This document shows, in pieces, positions 1-9,509 of a stretch of 64,000 nucleotides of DNA. The DNA is taken from contig JAUIDY010000017.1 of NCBI GenBank assembly GCA_030428385.1, forward strand, positions 48 to 64,047. Reading direction: 5' to 3'. The position numbers and the translations under genes were made by a program. The stretch is from Rhodothermia bacterium. Lineage in GTDB: Bacteria > Bacteroidota > Rhodothermia > Rhodothermales > JAAAOL01. The notes under the pieces are model-generated. The model was not told the origin of the DNA, did not search any database, and saw nothing but the letters and a program-made list of their open reading frames with translations. How positions within the stretch are numbered: position 1 is the stretch's first letter; the number at the start of each line of letters is the position of its first letter.

Positions 1-1569
1 TCGGAGGGCGCATACATGGTGCAGCGCCGCCCCAACGAAGTGGCCCACCCGGTGCTAGTGCTCGGGTTTGTGGGCATGGCGCTGTTTATGCTGGCGTTGT
101 CGTGCTTCAACTACATCAACATCTCGCTCGGTGCGGCAGCCCGGCGGCTGAAAGAAATCGGGCTGCGCAAGGTGATGGGCAGCAACCGCAACCAGTTGAT
201 TATCCAGTTCATGGCCGAAAACCTGTTGCTGTGCCTGCTGGCATTGGTGCTTGGCATTGTGCTGGCGTGGGCTGTGCTGATTCCGATGTTCAACGCCCGG
301 TTTGTTATTCAGATTGGGATGGCGTGGGGCGAAAATGCGCTGCTGTGGGTGTTTTTGATCGGCTTGCTAGGGTTTGTCGGCGTGGCTTCGGGCGCGTATC
401 CGGCGTTTTATATCGCCTCGTTCCAGCCTGTGACCATCTTTCGGGGGCGGCAGCGGCTGGCCGACAAGACGTGGTTCACGCGAGTGTTTCTGACGTTCCA
501 ATTCATCCTTGCTTTCCTCACCGTCATCGGCGGGGCGTTCCTGATGCTGAACGGGCGCTACCAGACCTCGCTCGACTGGGGGTATCAGGCAGGACATACC
601 GTAGTGGTGCCGTTGCAGAACAGCGAGCAGTTTCCGTTGCTGCGCGACGCGGCCCTGCAAAACGCCCAGATCACCCATGTCGCTGGCACAAACTCGCACA
701 TCGGCCACGGATTTGGCGGTACAACGACGGTCACGCGCAATGGCGAGAAGGAAGAAATCACGAGCATGTTTGTCGGTCCCGGGTATTTCGAGGCGCTGGG
801 GCTGCGCCTGAAAGCGGGGCGTTTCTTCGAAGAGCAGCTAGACAACGAGACCGCGCTGGTCGTGAATACGGCCTTTGCGACAGCACAAGGCTGGGACAAT
901 GCGGTCGGGCAATCGCTGCCTATCAACGGCGAGCCACATACGGTGGTGGGCGTAGTGGAAGACTTTATGTTTTTCCCGATGCTCGGCACCCGCCCGCTGC
1001 TTTTCCGACAAACCGACGCCGCGAATTACGGCTATCTCGTGGTACGCACCAACGCCGAAAACACCACTGCGATCACTGCTTTTCTGGAAGACACGTGGCG
1101 GAAACTATACCCCGAGCAACCCTTTGATGCCTTTGTCCAAACCGACGTGTTTGATGACTTCTACGCGTCGTACTTCAACGTCACCAAAGGCTTTGGCTAC
1201 CTCTCCGCGTTGGCGCTCCTGATTGCGTGCATGGGGCTATTCGGACTGGCAGCGCAGCATTTCTCCGGGCGGCTCAAGGAAGTGAGCGTGCGCAAGGTGT
1301 TGGGCGCGTCGGCGGGGCATGTGATCCTGCTCATCAACCGCCACTTTCTGATCCTGCTGCTGGTGGCAGGCGGCGTGGCTTCTACGTTTATGTATTTCGT
1401 CATCACGCTGGTGCTGCGCCAGTTCCCCGACTTCGAGTTTATGCCCGTCGGTCCCGGCCCGTTCGCCTTCGCCTTTATCGTGGTCTTTCTCACGGCGGCG
1501 CTGGCCATCGGCGCACAGGTCGCCAAAATTGTGCGTGCCAACCCGGCTGAGGTGCTGCGGAATGAGTGA
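1..1569 (+). CDS. FtsX/MacB-like ABC transporter permease, C-terminal part (5' end lies outside the window)
   Basis: Reading frame is open from nt 1. Two FtsX-type modules (KEIGLRKVMGSNRNQLI..., LKEVSVRKVLGASAGHVI...) flank a large periplasmic domain. Paralogous to 23328-25958. Confidence 0.85.
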   Translation, partial: SEGAYMVQRRPNEVAHPVLVLGFVGMALFMLALSCFNYINISLGAAARRLKEIGLRKVMGSNRNQLIIQFMAENLLLCLLALVLGIVLAWAVLIPMFNARFVIQIGMAWGENALLWVFLIGLLGFVGVASGAYPAFYIASFQPVTIFRGRQRLADKTWFTRVFLTFQFILAFLTVIGGAFLMLNGRYQTSLDWGYQAGHTVVVPLQNSEQFPLLRDAALQNAQITHVAGTNSHIGHGFGGTTTVTRNGEKEEITSMFVGPGYFEALGLRLKAGRFFEEQLDNETALVVNTAFATAQGWDNAVGQSLPINGEPHTVVGVVEDFMFFPMLGTRPLLFRQTDAANYGYLVVRTNAENTTAITAFLEDTWRKLYPEQPFDAFVQTDVFDDFYASYFNVTKGFGYLSALALLIACMGLFGLAAQHFSGRLKEVSVRKVLGASAGHVILLINRHFLILLLVAGGVASTFMYFVITLVLRQFPDFEFMPVGPGPFAFAFIVVFLTAALAIGAQVAKIVRANPAEVLRNE

Positions 1570-1717
1570 GAATGGGAGTTTGGGGGTATGGGTGTGTGGG
1601 AGAGAGGGGGAAAGGGTGAGGGGGAATTTGATGAGGCGGGATTTTTTCTTGACGGCCCAGCCCCAACGGTTCACAACAAATAGATCCCGTTCTCCCACTC
1701 TCCCGCTCCCCCTTTCC
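1568..1717. repeat. G-run/C-run low-complexity imperfect hairpin (GGGAGAGAGGGGGAAAGGGTGAGGGGG ... TCTCCCACTCTCCCGCTCCCCCTTTCC), terminator-like
   Basis: G-rich arm directly after the permease stop and a partly complementary C-rich arm about 70 nt later. The same motif style recurs at 10490-10560, 32090-32130 and 63876-63912. Confidence 0.5.
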
Positions 1718-1787
1718 GCACATCTCGAATCTTCAACCCTGCTCCGTCGTACGCGGATAGCTTTTTTGCCCCAACCACTTCACTTTT

Positions 1788-3563
1788 ATGATCATGCCGA
1801 ACCCCACATTGCGGCGTTGTACGTTATTTTTAGCGGTGTTTGTCTTTGTCACCGCTCCTGTCTTTGGACAGGCAGACGTGCCAGCGGCCCTGCCCCAGTC
1901 GGCCACGCCGTCGGCCTTCGACCAACCGGACCTGGTGCAGCAGTACCAGGAATCTATCACCGCGCAAGACCTCGCGTCGCACCTGTACCTGTTTGCCTCC
2001 GACTATTTTGAGGGGCGCGAGACCGCCACGCGCGGACAGAAGCTGGCGGCGTATTACCTCGCGTCGCAATACCGCAAGATGGGCCTGACGCCCAAAGGGA
2101 CGGTCAACCCCGAAGACACGAATGCACCGTCGGCATATTTCCAGCCGTTTCCGTTGTATGGGCGGCGGCTGCAACGCGCTGAACTAAACATTAAGGTCGG
2201 CGAAGAAACCACGGCAACGGGCGTATTTACCCCCGACGGCGCGGATGGCAGCTTGTACGTCGCCTTCGGCAACCTGCCCCAGCAGAGCGGCGGGGTGGTG
2301 TTTGCAGGCTATGGTATCAGCGATGAGGCGCTTGGCTACGACGACTATGCCGCGATGGAGGCAGCAGGCATTGAGGTGCTGGGCAAGTGGCTGCTCGTGC
2401 TGCGCGACGAGCCGCTCCAGTCTGCCGACGAAAGCTTGCTGCCGACTGAAGACGGCGCTCCGTCCAAGTGGACCCGTCAGACCTTCGAGAAGCTACGCAG
2501 GGCCTATGGCGCGGGCGGCCCCGCGGGGATGCTGATTGTCTCGGACATTGGCCCGAATGCGGTGAACATGACGACGCGTGTGGCCGAGCGGGCCGCGCAG
2601 ATTGCCAACGACGTGGACAACCTGTCGCTCAACGAGCAAGGCTTCAACCGCCCGTTCCCACCCGTCTACGCCATCTCCGCCGAATTCGCCAACCAGATCC
2701 TCGCTTCCTCTGGGCAGACGGTGCAAGACCTGCAAGCCCAGATCGACGGCGAACTGAAACCTGTTGTGTTTGAGGCTGAAGGTGTGACGCTCGAAAGCAA
2801 AATCGAACACGGCAGCTTCGAGACGAGCAGCGAGAATGTGCTGGCCTTTATCGAAGGCAGCGACCCGGTGCTCAAAGACGAAGTGGTAATCATTTCGTCG
2901 CACTACGACCACATCGGCATCAACGCGGCAGGCGATGGCGACCGCATCAACAACGGCGCCGACGACGACGGCTCGGGCACGGTGACGACGCTGGAAATCG
3001 CCGAGGCGTTTATGCAGGCTAAAGCCGATGGCTATGGCCCGCGCCGCTCCATCCTGTTCCTCAACGTCTCCGGCGAAGAGAAAGGACTGCTCGGCTCCGC
3101 GTATTATACCGACATCGAACCCGTGCTGCCGCTCGACAAGTCCGTGACGAACCTCAACATCGACATGATCGGGCGCTACGACCCAACGCACCCGAACGAG
3201 GAAACAGCGACGAACTACGTCTACATCATCGGCTCGAACCTGATTTCGCAGGAGTTGCACGACATCAACGACCGCGTCAACGACCTGACCGGCACCGACC
3301 TCGCCCTCGACGAGCGGTTTAACTCCAAGGACGACCCGAACCAGTTCTACCGCCGCAGCGACCACTGGAACTTCGGCAAGCACGAGATCCCGTTCATCTT
3401 CTTTTTCACCGGCACGCACGAAGACTACCACCAGCCCGGCGACGAAGCGCACAAGATCGATTACGACCGCATGGCCCGTATCGGCCAGTTGATCTTTGCA
3501 ACGGCGTGGCAGGTAGCCAACCAGGACACGCCCCCGGAAGTCTCGGGTGCCGGATTTAACTAG
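1788..3563 (+). CDS. M28 family metallopeptidase (aminopeptidase) with PA domain, secreted
   Basis: Signal peptide MIMPNPTLRRCTLFLAVFVFVTAPVFGQ. M28 zinc-site blocks SSHYDHIG, NNGADDDGSGTVTTLEIAEAF, SGEEKGLLGS and DYHQPGDE. Confidence 0.85.
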   Translation: MIMPNPTLRRCTLFLAVFVFVTAPVFGQADVPAALPQSATPSAFDQPDLVQQYQESITAQDLASHLYLFASDYFEGRETATRGQKLAAYYLASQYRKMGLTPKGTVNPEDTNAPSAYFQPFPLYGRRLQRAELNIKVGEETTATGVFTPDGADGSLYVAFGNLPQQSGGVVFAGYGISDEALGYDDYAAMEAAGIEVLGKWLLVLRDEPLQSADESLLPTEDGAPSKWTRQTFEKLRRAYGAGGPAGMLIVSDIGPNAVNMTTRVAERAAQIANDVDNLSLNEQGFNRPFPPVYAISAEFANQILASSGQTVQDLQAQIDGELKPVVFEAEGVTLESKIEHGSFETSSENVLAFIEGSDPVLKDEVVIISSHYDHIGINAAGDGDRINNGADDDGSGTVTTLEIAEAFMQAKADGYGPRRSILFLNVSGEEKGLLGSAYYTDIEPVLPLDKSVTNLNIDMIGRYDPTHPNEETATNYVYIIGSNLISQELHDINDRVNDLTGTDLALDERFNSKDDPNQFYRRSDHWNFGKHEIPFIFFFTGTHEDYHQPGDEAHKIDYDRMARIGQLIFATAWQVANQDTPPEVSGAGFN

Positions 3564-3587
3564 AGCTAATATTTAGTCACTTCTCAA

Positions 3588-3621
3588 GGTCGCGGGATGT
3601 ACGTCCCGCGACCTTTTTCTT
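3588..3621 (+). terminator. Rho-independent terminator after the M28 peptidase gene
   Basis: Perfect 10-bp GC stem GGTCGCGGGA / TCCCGCGACC (3588-3597 / 3604-3613) followed by TTTTTCTTT. Confidence 0.75.
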
Positions 3622-3716
3622 TGCTCCTCTGGTACGATTCTTGATTTTGTATATCAGTCAATTAAGGAAGTACATCCTTAATTAAAACAATATCTTATAC
3701 TAAACACTTTTACTTC

Positions 3717-3745
3717 TTGACAATAGCATGGCCGCCGTTTATGAT
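3717..3745 (+). promoter_or_regulatory. Sigma70-consensus-like promoter hexamers TTGACA-17nt-TATGAT inside an AT-rich island
   Basis: TTGACA at 3717-3722, a 17-nt spacer, then TATGAT at 3740-3745, about 190 nt upstream of the ATG at 3938. Bacteroidota often use a different consensus, so this is tentative. Confidence 0.35.
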
Positions 3746-3937
3746 TTTAGGGCCAGCCAGCCATAACACTGCCTTTTCCTCCCCTCTTTCAGGTAGTGCC
3801 CGGCACCCTTTTCAGGAGTGACACCTACAACATGTTTGTCTCTCGTTGACAACGTTGTTAACTATTAACGGGTACTTTTTTCCGGCTTCCGGACTTGCTC
3901 CCCACCTTTTTACCTATTCCTTTAAACCCCTGCTCCC

Positions 3938-5242
3938 ATGAAACGAGGATACTTCGTTCTGGTCTTGTCAATGCTCGGCCTGTATGGCCTTCCCGCTTTC
4001 GCACAGACCACCCTGTTACCGGGTGAGTTGGCTATTATCAACCTCCAAGGGGACAAACCCGATGCGTTTATTTTTCTTCCCCTCGTTGATCTAGATGCGG
4101 GTACCATCATCTATTTTACCGACTGTGGCTCATCGGCAGCAGGAGCGTTCCCTTCTCCTTGTGGCGGCACCGAAGGGGCGGTACGATATCTTGCTCCGGC
4201 CGGGGGTATCACGGCGGGTACCGTTATTCCGTTTCCCGGCCCAAACTTTAGCACTTATAACGACTCCCGCATTACCGGAGCCTTTCGGGTGGGCAAGCGA
4301 GGAGATCAAATTTTTGCATTTCAGGATGCCAACCCCGCCAATGCAATACCGCCGGGGGCTGAACCCAGCTTTATCTTTGGTCTGAGTAGCGCGTCGAACG
4401 CCATTGCCGATTGCGATGAAACCGACATCAACCAAACCGATGCCCCCACCGTGCTTACGGGAGCAGGGGCCTATCTTGCCTTCGGTGCAGGAAGCGGATG
4501 CGAGGATGAGTTCCAAAACATTATTTTTAATGCGCTAGCGGTTGGATTTTCGTTTCCTTCTCCTGGCGCTGCCCTTGCTGCTTTTACGAATCCTGCAAAT
4601 TGGATTGGCAGCAGCGACCCGCTCACGACAGCCTATATGAATGCGGCTTTGGCTATTACCGGCACGGGGAATTTCACGCTACCCGTTGAGCTTACTTCTT
4701 TTGAAGCCCTCGCCGATGGCAACAATGTACTGTTACAATGGGCCACGGCCAGCGAAACCAACAACGCGGGCTTCTCAGTCGAAATGCAAACCCCGGTGCA
4801 AGGCTGGCAGGAACTAGTCTTTACCGAGGGTTTCGGCACAACCAACACACCCCAGCAGTATCGCCACACGGTGGCTGCATTAACACCCGGCACCTATCAC
4901 TTCCGGCTTCGTCAGGTAGACTTTGATGGTGCGTTTGCATACAGCCCCCAAGTGGAAGTGGTGATTGGCTTAACCGATTCCTTCCGCCTGACCGCACCGT
5001 ACCCCAATCCCACTACGTCTGAGGCCAGTTTTAGTCTGATGGTGCCGCGGGCGCAAGAGGTCAGCGTTGCGGTTTACGATTTGCTCGGACGCCAGGTGGC
5101 CCAACTCCATGAGGGCAACCTGGAGGCGCATCATGCCAAAGCCCTGATGATGGATACGACAAACCTTGCCACCGGGCTTTACTTAATCCGAGCCGAGGGC
5201 GAGGCGTTTGTTGCCACCCAGCGCCTGGTGGTGGCCCGCTAG
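3938..5242 (+). CDS. Secreted protein of unknown function with a PVELT-type pre-CTD domain and a T9SS C-terminal sorting domain
   Basis: Signal peptide MKRGYFVLVLSMLGLYGLPAFAQ. The N-terminal ~245 aa are unassigned. Residues 248-434 (LPVELTSFEAL...TASETNNAGF...YPNPT...GLYLIRAEG...VVAR) are about 50% identical to the C-terminus of 11202-14072. Confidence 0.75.
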   Translation: MKRGYFVLVLSMLGLYGLPAFAQTTLLPGELAIINLQGDKPDAFIFLPLVDLDAGTIIYFTDCGSSAAGAFPSPCGGTEGAVRYLAPAGGITAGTVIPFPGPNFSTYNDSRITGAFRVGKRGDQIFAFQDANPANAIPPGAEPSFIFGLSSASNAIADCDETDINQTDAPTVLTGAGAYLAFGAGSGCEDEFQNIIFNALAVGFSFPSPGAALAAFTNPANWIGSSDPLTTAYMNAALAITGTGNFTLPVELTSFEALADGNNVLLQWATASETNNAGFSVEMQTPVQGWQELVFTEGFGTTNTPQQYRHTVAALTPGTYHFRLRQVDFDGAFAYSPQVEVVIGLTDSFRLTAPYPNPTTSEASFSLMVPRAQEVSVAVYDLLGRQVAQLHEGNLEAHHAKALMMDTTNLATGLYLIRAEGEAFVATQRLVVAR

Positions 5243-5277
5243 TTCATCCCGAACGTTTCAGGCGAGACAACGTTGGT

Positions 5278-5310
5278 AGGGGCGGCTTTTTGAGTCGCCC
5301 CTCCTTTTTT
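5278..5310 (+). terminator. Rho-independent terminator
   Basis: Stem AGGGGCG / CGCCCCT (5278-5284 / 5296-5302) followed by CCTTTTTT. Confidence 0.6.
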
Positions 5311-5318
5311 ATACCGCC

Positions 5319-6521
5319 ATGCTGAACGAAATCAAAGCCCTCGCCGACGACGTCTTCCCCGACGTGGTGCGCCTGCGCCGGACGATCCACCAGAACCCGG
5401 AACTCGCGTTTGAAGAGCACGAAACCGCCCGCCTCGTCATCGACACGCTGACGCCACTCGGCCTCGACATCCAGACCGGCATTGCCCAGACGGGTGTGGT
5501 GGCTACGCTACAAGGCAGCGTGCCGGGGCCGTCGGTGCTGCTGCGGGCCGACATGGACGCGCTGCCTATTCTGGAAGCCAACGACTTTGATTTCGCCTCG
5601 CAGAACGCGGGCAAGATGCACGCCTGCGGGCACGACGCCCACACGTCGTCGCTGCTCGGCACGGCGATGATTCTGAGCCGCCTGCGCGACCGGGTGAAGG
5701 GTACTGTCCGCTTCCTATTCCAGCCCAGCGAAGAACGGCTGCCGGGCGGCGCGAAGTTTATGATTGAAGAAGGTGTGCTGGACGGCAACGCAGCGGGACC
5801 CGCGCCGGACATGGTTTTTGGGCAACACGTCACGCCTGACCTGCCCGCCGGAATGCTGGGTGTGCGCAGCGGCATGTACATGGCCTCGGCGGATGAGTTG
5901 CACCTGACCGTGCGCGGCACGGGCGGACACGCTGCCGCCCCGCATTACCTGAGCGCCGACGCGGTGGTGGTGGCCTCACATATTATCGTGGCGCTGCAAT
6001 CCATCATCAGCCGCCACTGCCCGCCCGATGTGCCCAGCGTGTTGTCCATCGGCAAAGTAATCGCCGACGGGGCCACCAACGTCATCCCCGAAACGGCCCG
6101 GATGGAAGGCACCTTCCGCGCCATGAATGAAGACTGGCGGTTTAAGGCGCATCAACTCATCGAGCGGGTGGTACAGCACACCGCGCAGGCGCACGGTGCC
6201 GAGGTGGACCTCGACATCAAGGTGGGGTATCCCGCTCTTTACAACCACCCCGATCCCACCGAACAGGTGCGGACTGCCGCCGAGGCATACGTGGGCCCCG
6301 ACAACGTGGTAGACCTCGACCTGTGGTTTGCCAGCGAGGACTTCGCGTATTTCCTGCAACTGCGCCCCGGCACCTTCTACCGGCTGGGCACTGGCAATTC
6401 CGACAAAGGCATCGTCCACGGCCTGCACACCCCCCGCTTCACCATCGACGAAGACGCGCTGCGTCTTGGTTCGGGCTTTATGGCCTACCTGGCCTGGCAG
6501 CAGGGCGTGCAGACTGCCTAG
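5319..6521 (+). CDS. M20D family amidohydrolase (N-acyl-L-amino acid amidohydrolase / hippurate hydrolase-like)
   Basis: RRTIHQNPELAFEEHETA, LLRADMDALPI, MHACGHDAHTSSLLG and FQPSEE blocks typical of peptidase M20D. Confidence 0.85.
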   Translation: MLNEIKALADDVFPDVVRLRRTIHQNPELAFEEHETARLVIDTLTPLGLDIQTGIAQTGVVATLQGSVPGPSVLLRADMDALPILEANDFDFASQNAGKMHACGHDAHTSSLLGTAMILSRLRDRVKGTVRFLFQPSEERLPGGAKFMIEEGVLDGNAAGPAPDMVFGQHVTPDLPAGMLGVRSGMYMASADELHLTVRGTGGHAAAPHYLSADAVVVASHIIVALQSIISRHCPPDVPSVLSIGKVIADGATNVIPETARMEGTFRAMNEDWRFKAHQLIERVVQHTAQAHGAEVDLDIKVGYPALYNHPDPTEQVRTAAEAYVGPDNVVDLDLWFASEDFAYFLQLRPGTFYRLGTGNSDKGIVHGLHTPRFTIDEDALRLGSGFMAYLAWQQGVQTA

Positions 6522-6565
6522 CGCTTTTTCGATGACGGTTGACACTTGGTCCGATTTCTCGTCTC

Positions 6566-6649
6566 GACATTCCGAATGCGTAGCCGAGGGATCTCAACGA
6601 GGAGAAAAAGCTCCTTACGACGAGATCCCTCACATGCGTTCGGGATGAC
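6566..6649. repeat. Nested-hairpin intergenic element, copy A (GACATTCCGA...TCGGGATGAC termini)
   Basis: Left arm 6566-6595 and right arm 6622-6649 are imperfect reverse complements. Inner hairpin AGGAG-AAAAAG-CTCCT. Related to copies at 9510, 19755, 55383 and 56573. Confidence 0.6.
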
Positions 6650-6877
6650 AGAAAAGTGAGTCACACGAAAAAGAAGGCGCCCTAACACCTGGTTACCTCA
6701 AAGCCCTCACCCTGTCTTCGTGCGACTCATGGTGGGTTGGTGCAACTCGTCACAGCGGCTGCATCCATATGCGACAAGCCTGTTATAAAGGGTTGTAGGA
6801 CTCACCTACCCGTGGCTCATTCCGTATTTTTGAGGCATGTACATCATTCTTGCTGACAAGGACCTGGGGCTCATTCT

Positions 6878-9403
6878 ATGAAAAATCTTTACTTGCTAAT
6901 CGCCCTTCTGCTCATCCCCGCAGCGATTCCGGCTACTTCGGTTGCCCAACGCACCAGCGGTACGCTGACCGGGGTAGTGCTCGATGCCGACACCGACACG
7001 CCCATCACGTCGGCGACGGTGGGTGTCTGGCAAGCCCGCGACTCCATCCTCGTAACGGGCGGCATTTCCGACGTCGACGGACGGTTCGCCATCGAAGGCC
7101 TGCGCAACGGAGCCTATTATGTGCAGGTCAGCTTTGTCGGCTATCGCACCGAAACCATCACGGACGTCGCCCTGAGCCCGCAAGCGCCGCGTGTTGATAT
7201 CGGGTCCATTTCTCTTCGGCCCGACACGCAGGTGCTCGATGAAGTAGAAATCACTGCCGAGCGCGCCTCCGTGCAGATTGAGATCGACCGCACCGTGTAT
7301 AATACCGCCGACAACCCCGTGGCGGTAGGCGGCACTGCCACCAATGTGCTGGAAACCATTCCGTCGGTGGATGTGGATGTGGACGGCAACGTGAGCCTGC
7401 GCGGCAGCGGTAACGTCGCCATCCTGATCAACGGACGCCCCGCGCCTGTCAGCGCCGAGTTTATTTCCGCCTACCTCAAGCAGCTTCCCGCAGGCACCAT
7501 CGACCGCGTGGAGGTTATTCCCAACCCGTCGGCACGGTATGAACCCGATGGCATGGGCGGCATCCTGAATATTGTGCTCAAAGAAGAGGTAGACCGTGGA
7601 CTGGGCGGCACCGTGTCGGTGGGTGGCGACCGGCTGGGCGGCTACAACGGCACTGGCACCCTCACCTATGGGCGTGGCGACGTCAACATTGCCGCCTCCT
7701 ACGGCTTCCGGCAGGAAGAAGGCAATTCTGGCGGTGACAGCTACCGCATCAACCGCTACAGCGACCCGCTGACCTACCTTGACCAGGACGAAGTGGAGGA
7801 TGAATCCGAGACCGGCCACCAGTTTAGCCTCTCCGGCGACTACCGCCTAACGCCTAAAACAGCGCTCAACGCCTCGGCGCAGTTGGGCCTGCGGGACGAG
7901 TTGGAAAAAGAAAACAACCTCTTTCTGTTCCTCGACGCCAGCGAAGATCCGACGCTGGAATACGAGCGTTTGGTGGAAGAAGGCAGCAGCCGCTGGAACA
8001 CCGACTTCCGGCTGGGCCTGACCCACAACTTTGCGCCCCAGCAGGCACAAGGCCAGCGCGGCGAGCGGGGTCCCCGCAAAGCCCACGAACTCACCATCGA
8101 AGCCCGCTTTAATGCCGACTCGAACGACGGCGAAGAACTGTACCGCGAGCAACTGCTCGCAACCACTGAACTGCGGCAGCTTCAGCGGGCCCTCACCGAC
8201 CGCGGGCGGCAACGCGGCTCGTTGCAGATCGACTATGTGCGCCCGCTCGGCGAATTCCGGCTGGAGACGGGCTACAAAGGCGACCTCGAACTGATGGACT
8301 CGGACCTGTACTCCGAGACGCAGGACATCGAAACCGGTGAGTTTGTGCCTGATGTGGGCTTGATCAACACGTTCGATTTTGACCAGAACATCCACGCTGC
8401 GTATGGGCAGTTGGCCCGCGAATGGGGACCGCTAGGGGTACAACTGGGCGTGCGGCTGGAGTCGGCCACCACCACGTTTACGCTCCGCAACACCAGCGAA
8501 GATTACGACAACGACTACTTCAGCGCTTTCCCCAGCGCGTTCTTCACCTACGAATTGACCGAAAAGCACGTCCTACGCGCCAGCTACAGCCGCCGCATCA
8601 ACCGGCCCCGAACGTGGTTCCTCAACCCGTTCCCTAGCTACGACGACCCGTTAAACATCCGCATGGGCAACCCCGCATTGCGCCCGGAATACGTCGATGC
8701 CATCGAAGCCGGGTATGTTCGCTACACCGATTGGGGCTCGGTCTCCCTGACGCCGTTTTACCGCCGCACCACCGACGTCATCCGCCGCCTCCAAGAGCTG
8801 CGCGAGGACGGCGTGACGGTGCGCACGGTCAAAAACTTTGACACGTCGTCGTCGTCCGGCATCGAACTGATCACGTCGCTTGACGAACTCAGCTTCCTCG
8901 ATGGGTTGCGTGGTTACGCCAGCCTCGAAGGCTTCCGCGTCGTCACCGACGGCACCAACGTGGACACCGAGTTGCAGAACAACGCCTTTGGCTGGGGTGG
9001 GCGGCTCAACCTGAGCTACGCCATTGGCAACGTCGGTCGGCTGGGCGGGCTCGACTTCCAGACAACGGTCCGGTACCGCGCCCCGATGGACACCGAGCAA
9101 GGCCGCGTGGAAGCCCGCGCCTGGAGCGACATGGCGCTACGCCAGGAACTCTTCAGCGACCGTGCCAGCCTTTCGATCCGCGTCCGCGACGTGTTTGGTA
9201 CTGCCGGGTTTGGCTTCACCATCGACCAGCCCACGCTGTACCAGGAGTTTAGCCGCAGCCGCGATGGCCAGCGCGTAGGCGTGACGTTCTCGTACACCTT
9301 TGGCAAGGCCAGCAACAACAACCGCCGACGCGGCGGCGACCGTGAAGGCGGTCCCGATGGCGGCGGGGGCGGTGGCGACGATATGGGCGGCCTCGAAGGA
9401 TAA
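6878..9403 (+). CDS. TonB-dependent receptor / outer-membrane beta-barrel family protein with N-terminal carboxypeptidase-regulatory-like domain
   Basis: Signal peptide. CarbopepD_reg-like GTLTGVVLDADTDTPITSATVGV...DGRFAIEGLRNGAYYVQVSFVGY. Plug region LETIPSVDVDVDGNVSLRGSGNVAILINGRP. Long beta-barrel ending GVTFSYTF, followed by a 33-aa R/G/D-rich tail. Confidence 0.85.
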   Translation: MKNLYLLIALLLIPAAIPATSVAQRTSGTLTGVVLDADTDTPITSATVGVWQARDSILVTGGISDVDGRFAIEGLRNGAYYVQVSFVGYRTETITDVALSPQAPRVDIGSISLRPDTQVLDEVEITAERASVQIEIDRTVYNTADNPVAVGGTATNVLETIPSVDVDVDGNVSLRGSGNVAILINGRPAPVSAEFISAYLKQLPAGTIDRVEVIPNPSARYEPDGMGGILNIVLKEEVDRGLGGTVSVGGDRLGGYNGTGTLTYGRGDVNIAASYGFRQEEGNSGGDSYRINRYSDPLTYLDQDEVEDESETGHQFSLSGDYRLTPKTALNASAQLGLRDELEKENNLFLFLDASEDPTLEYERLVEEGSSRWNTDFRLGLTHNFAPQQAQGQRGERGPRKAHELTIEARFNADSNDGEELYREQLLATTELRQLQRALTDRGRQRGSLQIDYVRPLGEFRLETGYKGDLELMDSDLYSETQDIETGEFVPDVGLINTFDFDQNIHAAYGQLAREWGPLGVQLGVRLESATTTFTLRNTSEDYDNDYFSAFPSAFFTYELTEKHVLRASYSRRINRPRTWFLNPFPSYDDPLNIRMGNPALRPEYVDAIEAGYVRYTDWGSVSLTPFYRRTTDVIRRLQELREDGVTVRTVKNFDTSSSSGIELITSLDELSFLDGLRGYASLEGFRVVTDGTNVDTELQNNAFGWGGRLNLSYAIGNVGRLGGLDFQTTVRYRAPMDTEQGRVEARAWSDMALRQELFSDRASLSIRVRDVFGTAGFGFTIDQPTLYQEFSRSRDGQRVGVTFSYTFGKASNNNRRRGGDREGGPDGGGGGGDDMGGLEG

Positions 9404-9425
9404 GCCGCACCATGGTGACACCTCT

Positions 9426-9470
9426 AACGGGCGGGCGGCTCCTCGCGAGCGGTCCGCCCGTTTTCTTTTT
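9426..9470 (+). terminator. Rho-independent terminator after the receptor gene
   Basis: Stem AACGGGCGG ... CCGCCCGTT followed by TTCTTTTT. Confidence 0.6.
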
Positions 9471-9509
9471 ATGACCACCTTCTCCGCACTTCACAATAAA
9501 TATCCTCGT

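Noticed and set aside
2493-3452. 319-aa ORF antisense to the M28 peptidase gene. Similar long antisense or out-of-frame ORFs occur throughout, for example 6896-7819, 11277-12185, 35312-36004, 45363-46433 and 46542-47345.
   Set aside because: These are typical shadow ORFs of a high-GC genome. They are Arg/Ala/Gly/Pro-rich with no family motifs, and each fully overlaps a gene that has strong family signatures.
3845-3862. GTTGACAACGTTGTTAAC (16 of 18 palindromic), which shares the GTTGACAACG half with the TetR operator candidate at 21191.
   Set aside because: The second half-site (GTTAAC versus GTCAAC, with different spacing) does not match the 21191/21218 architecture. The resemblance is most likely chance.
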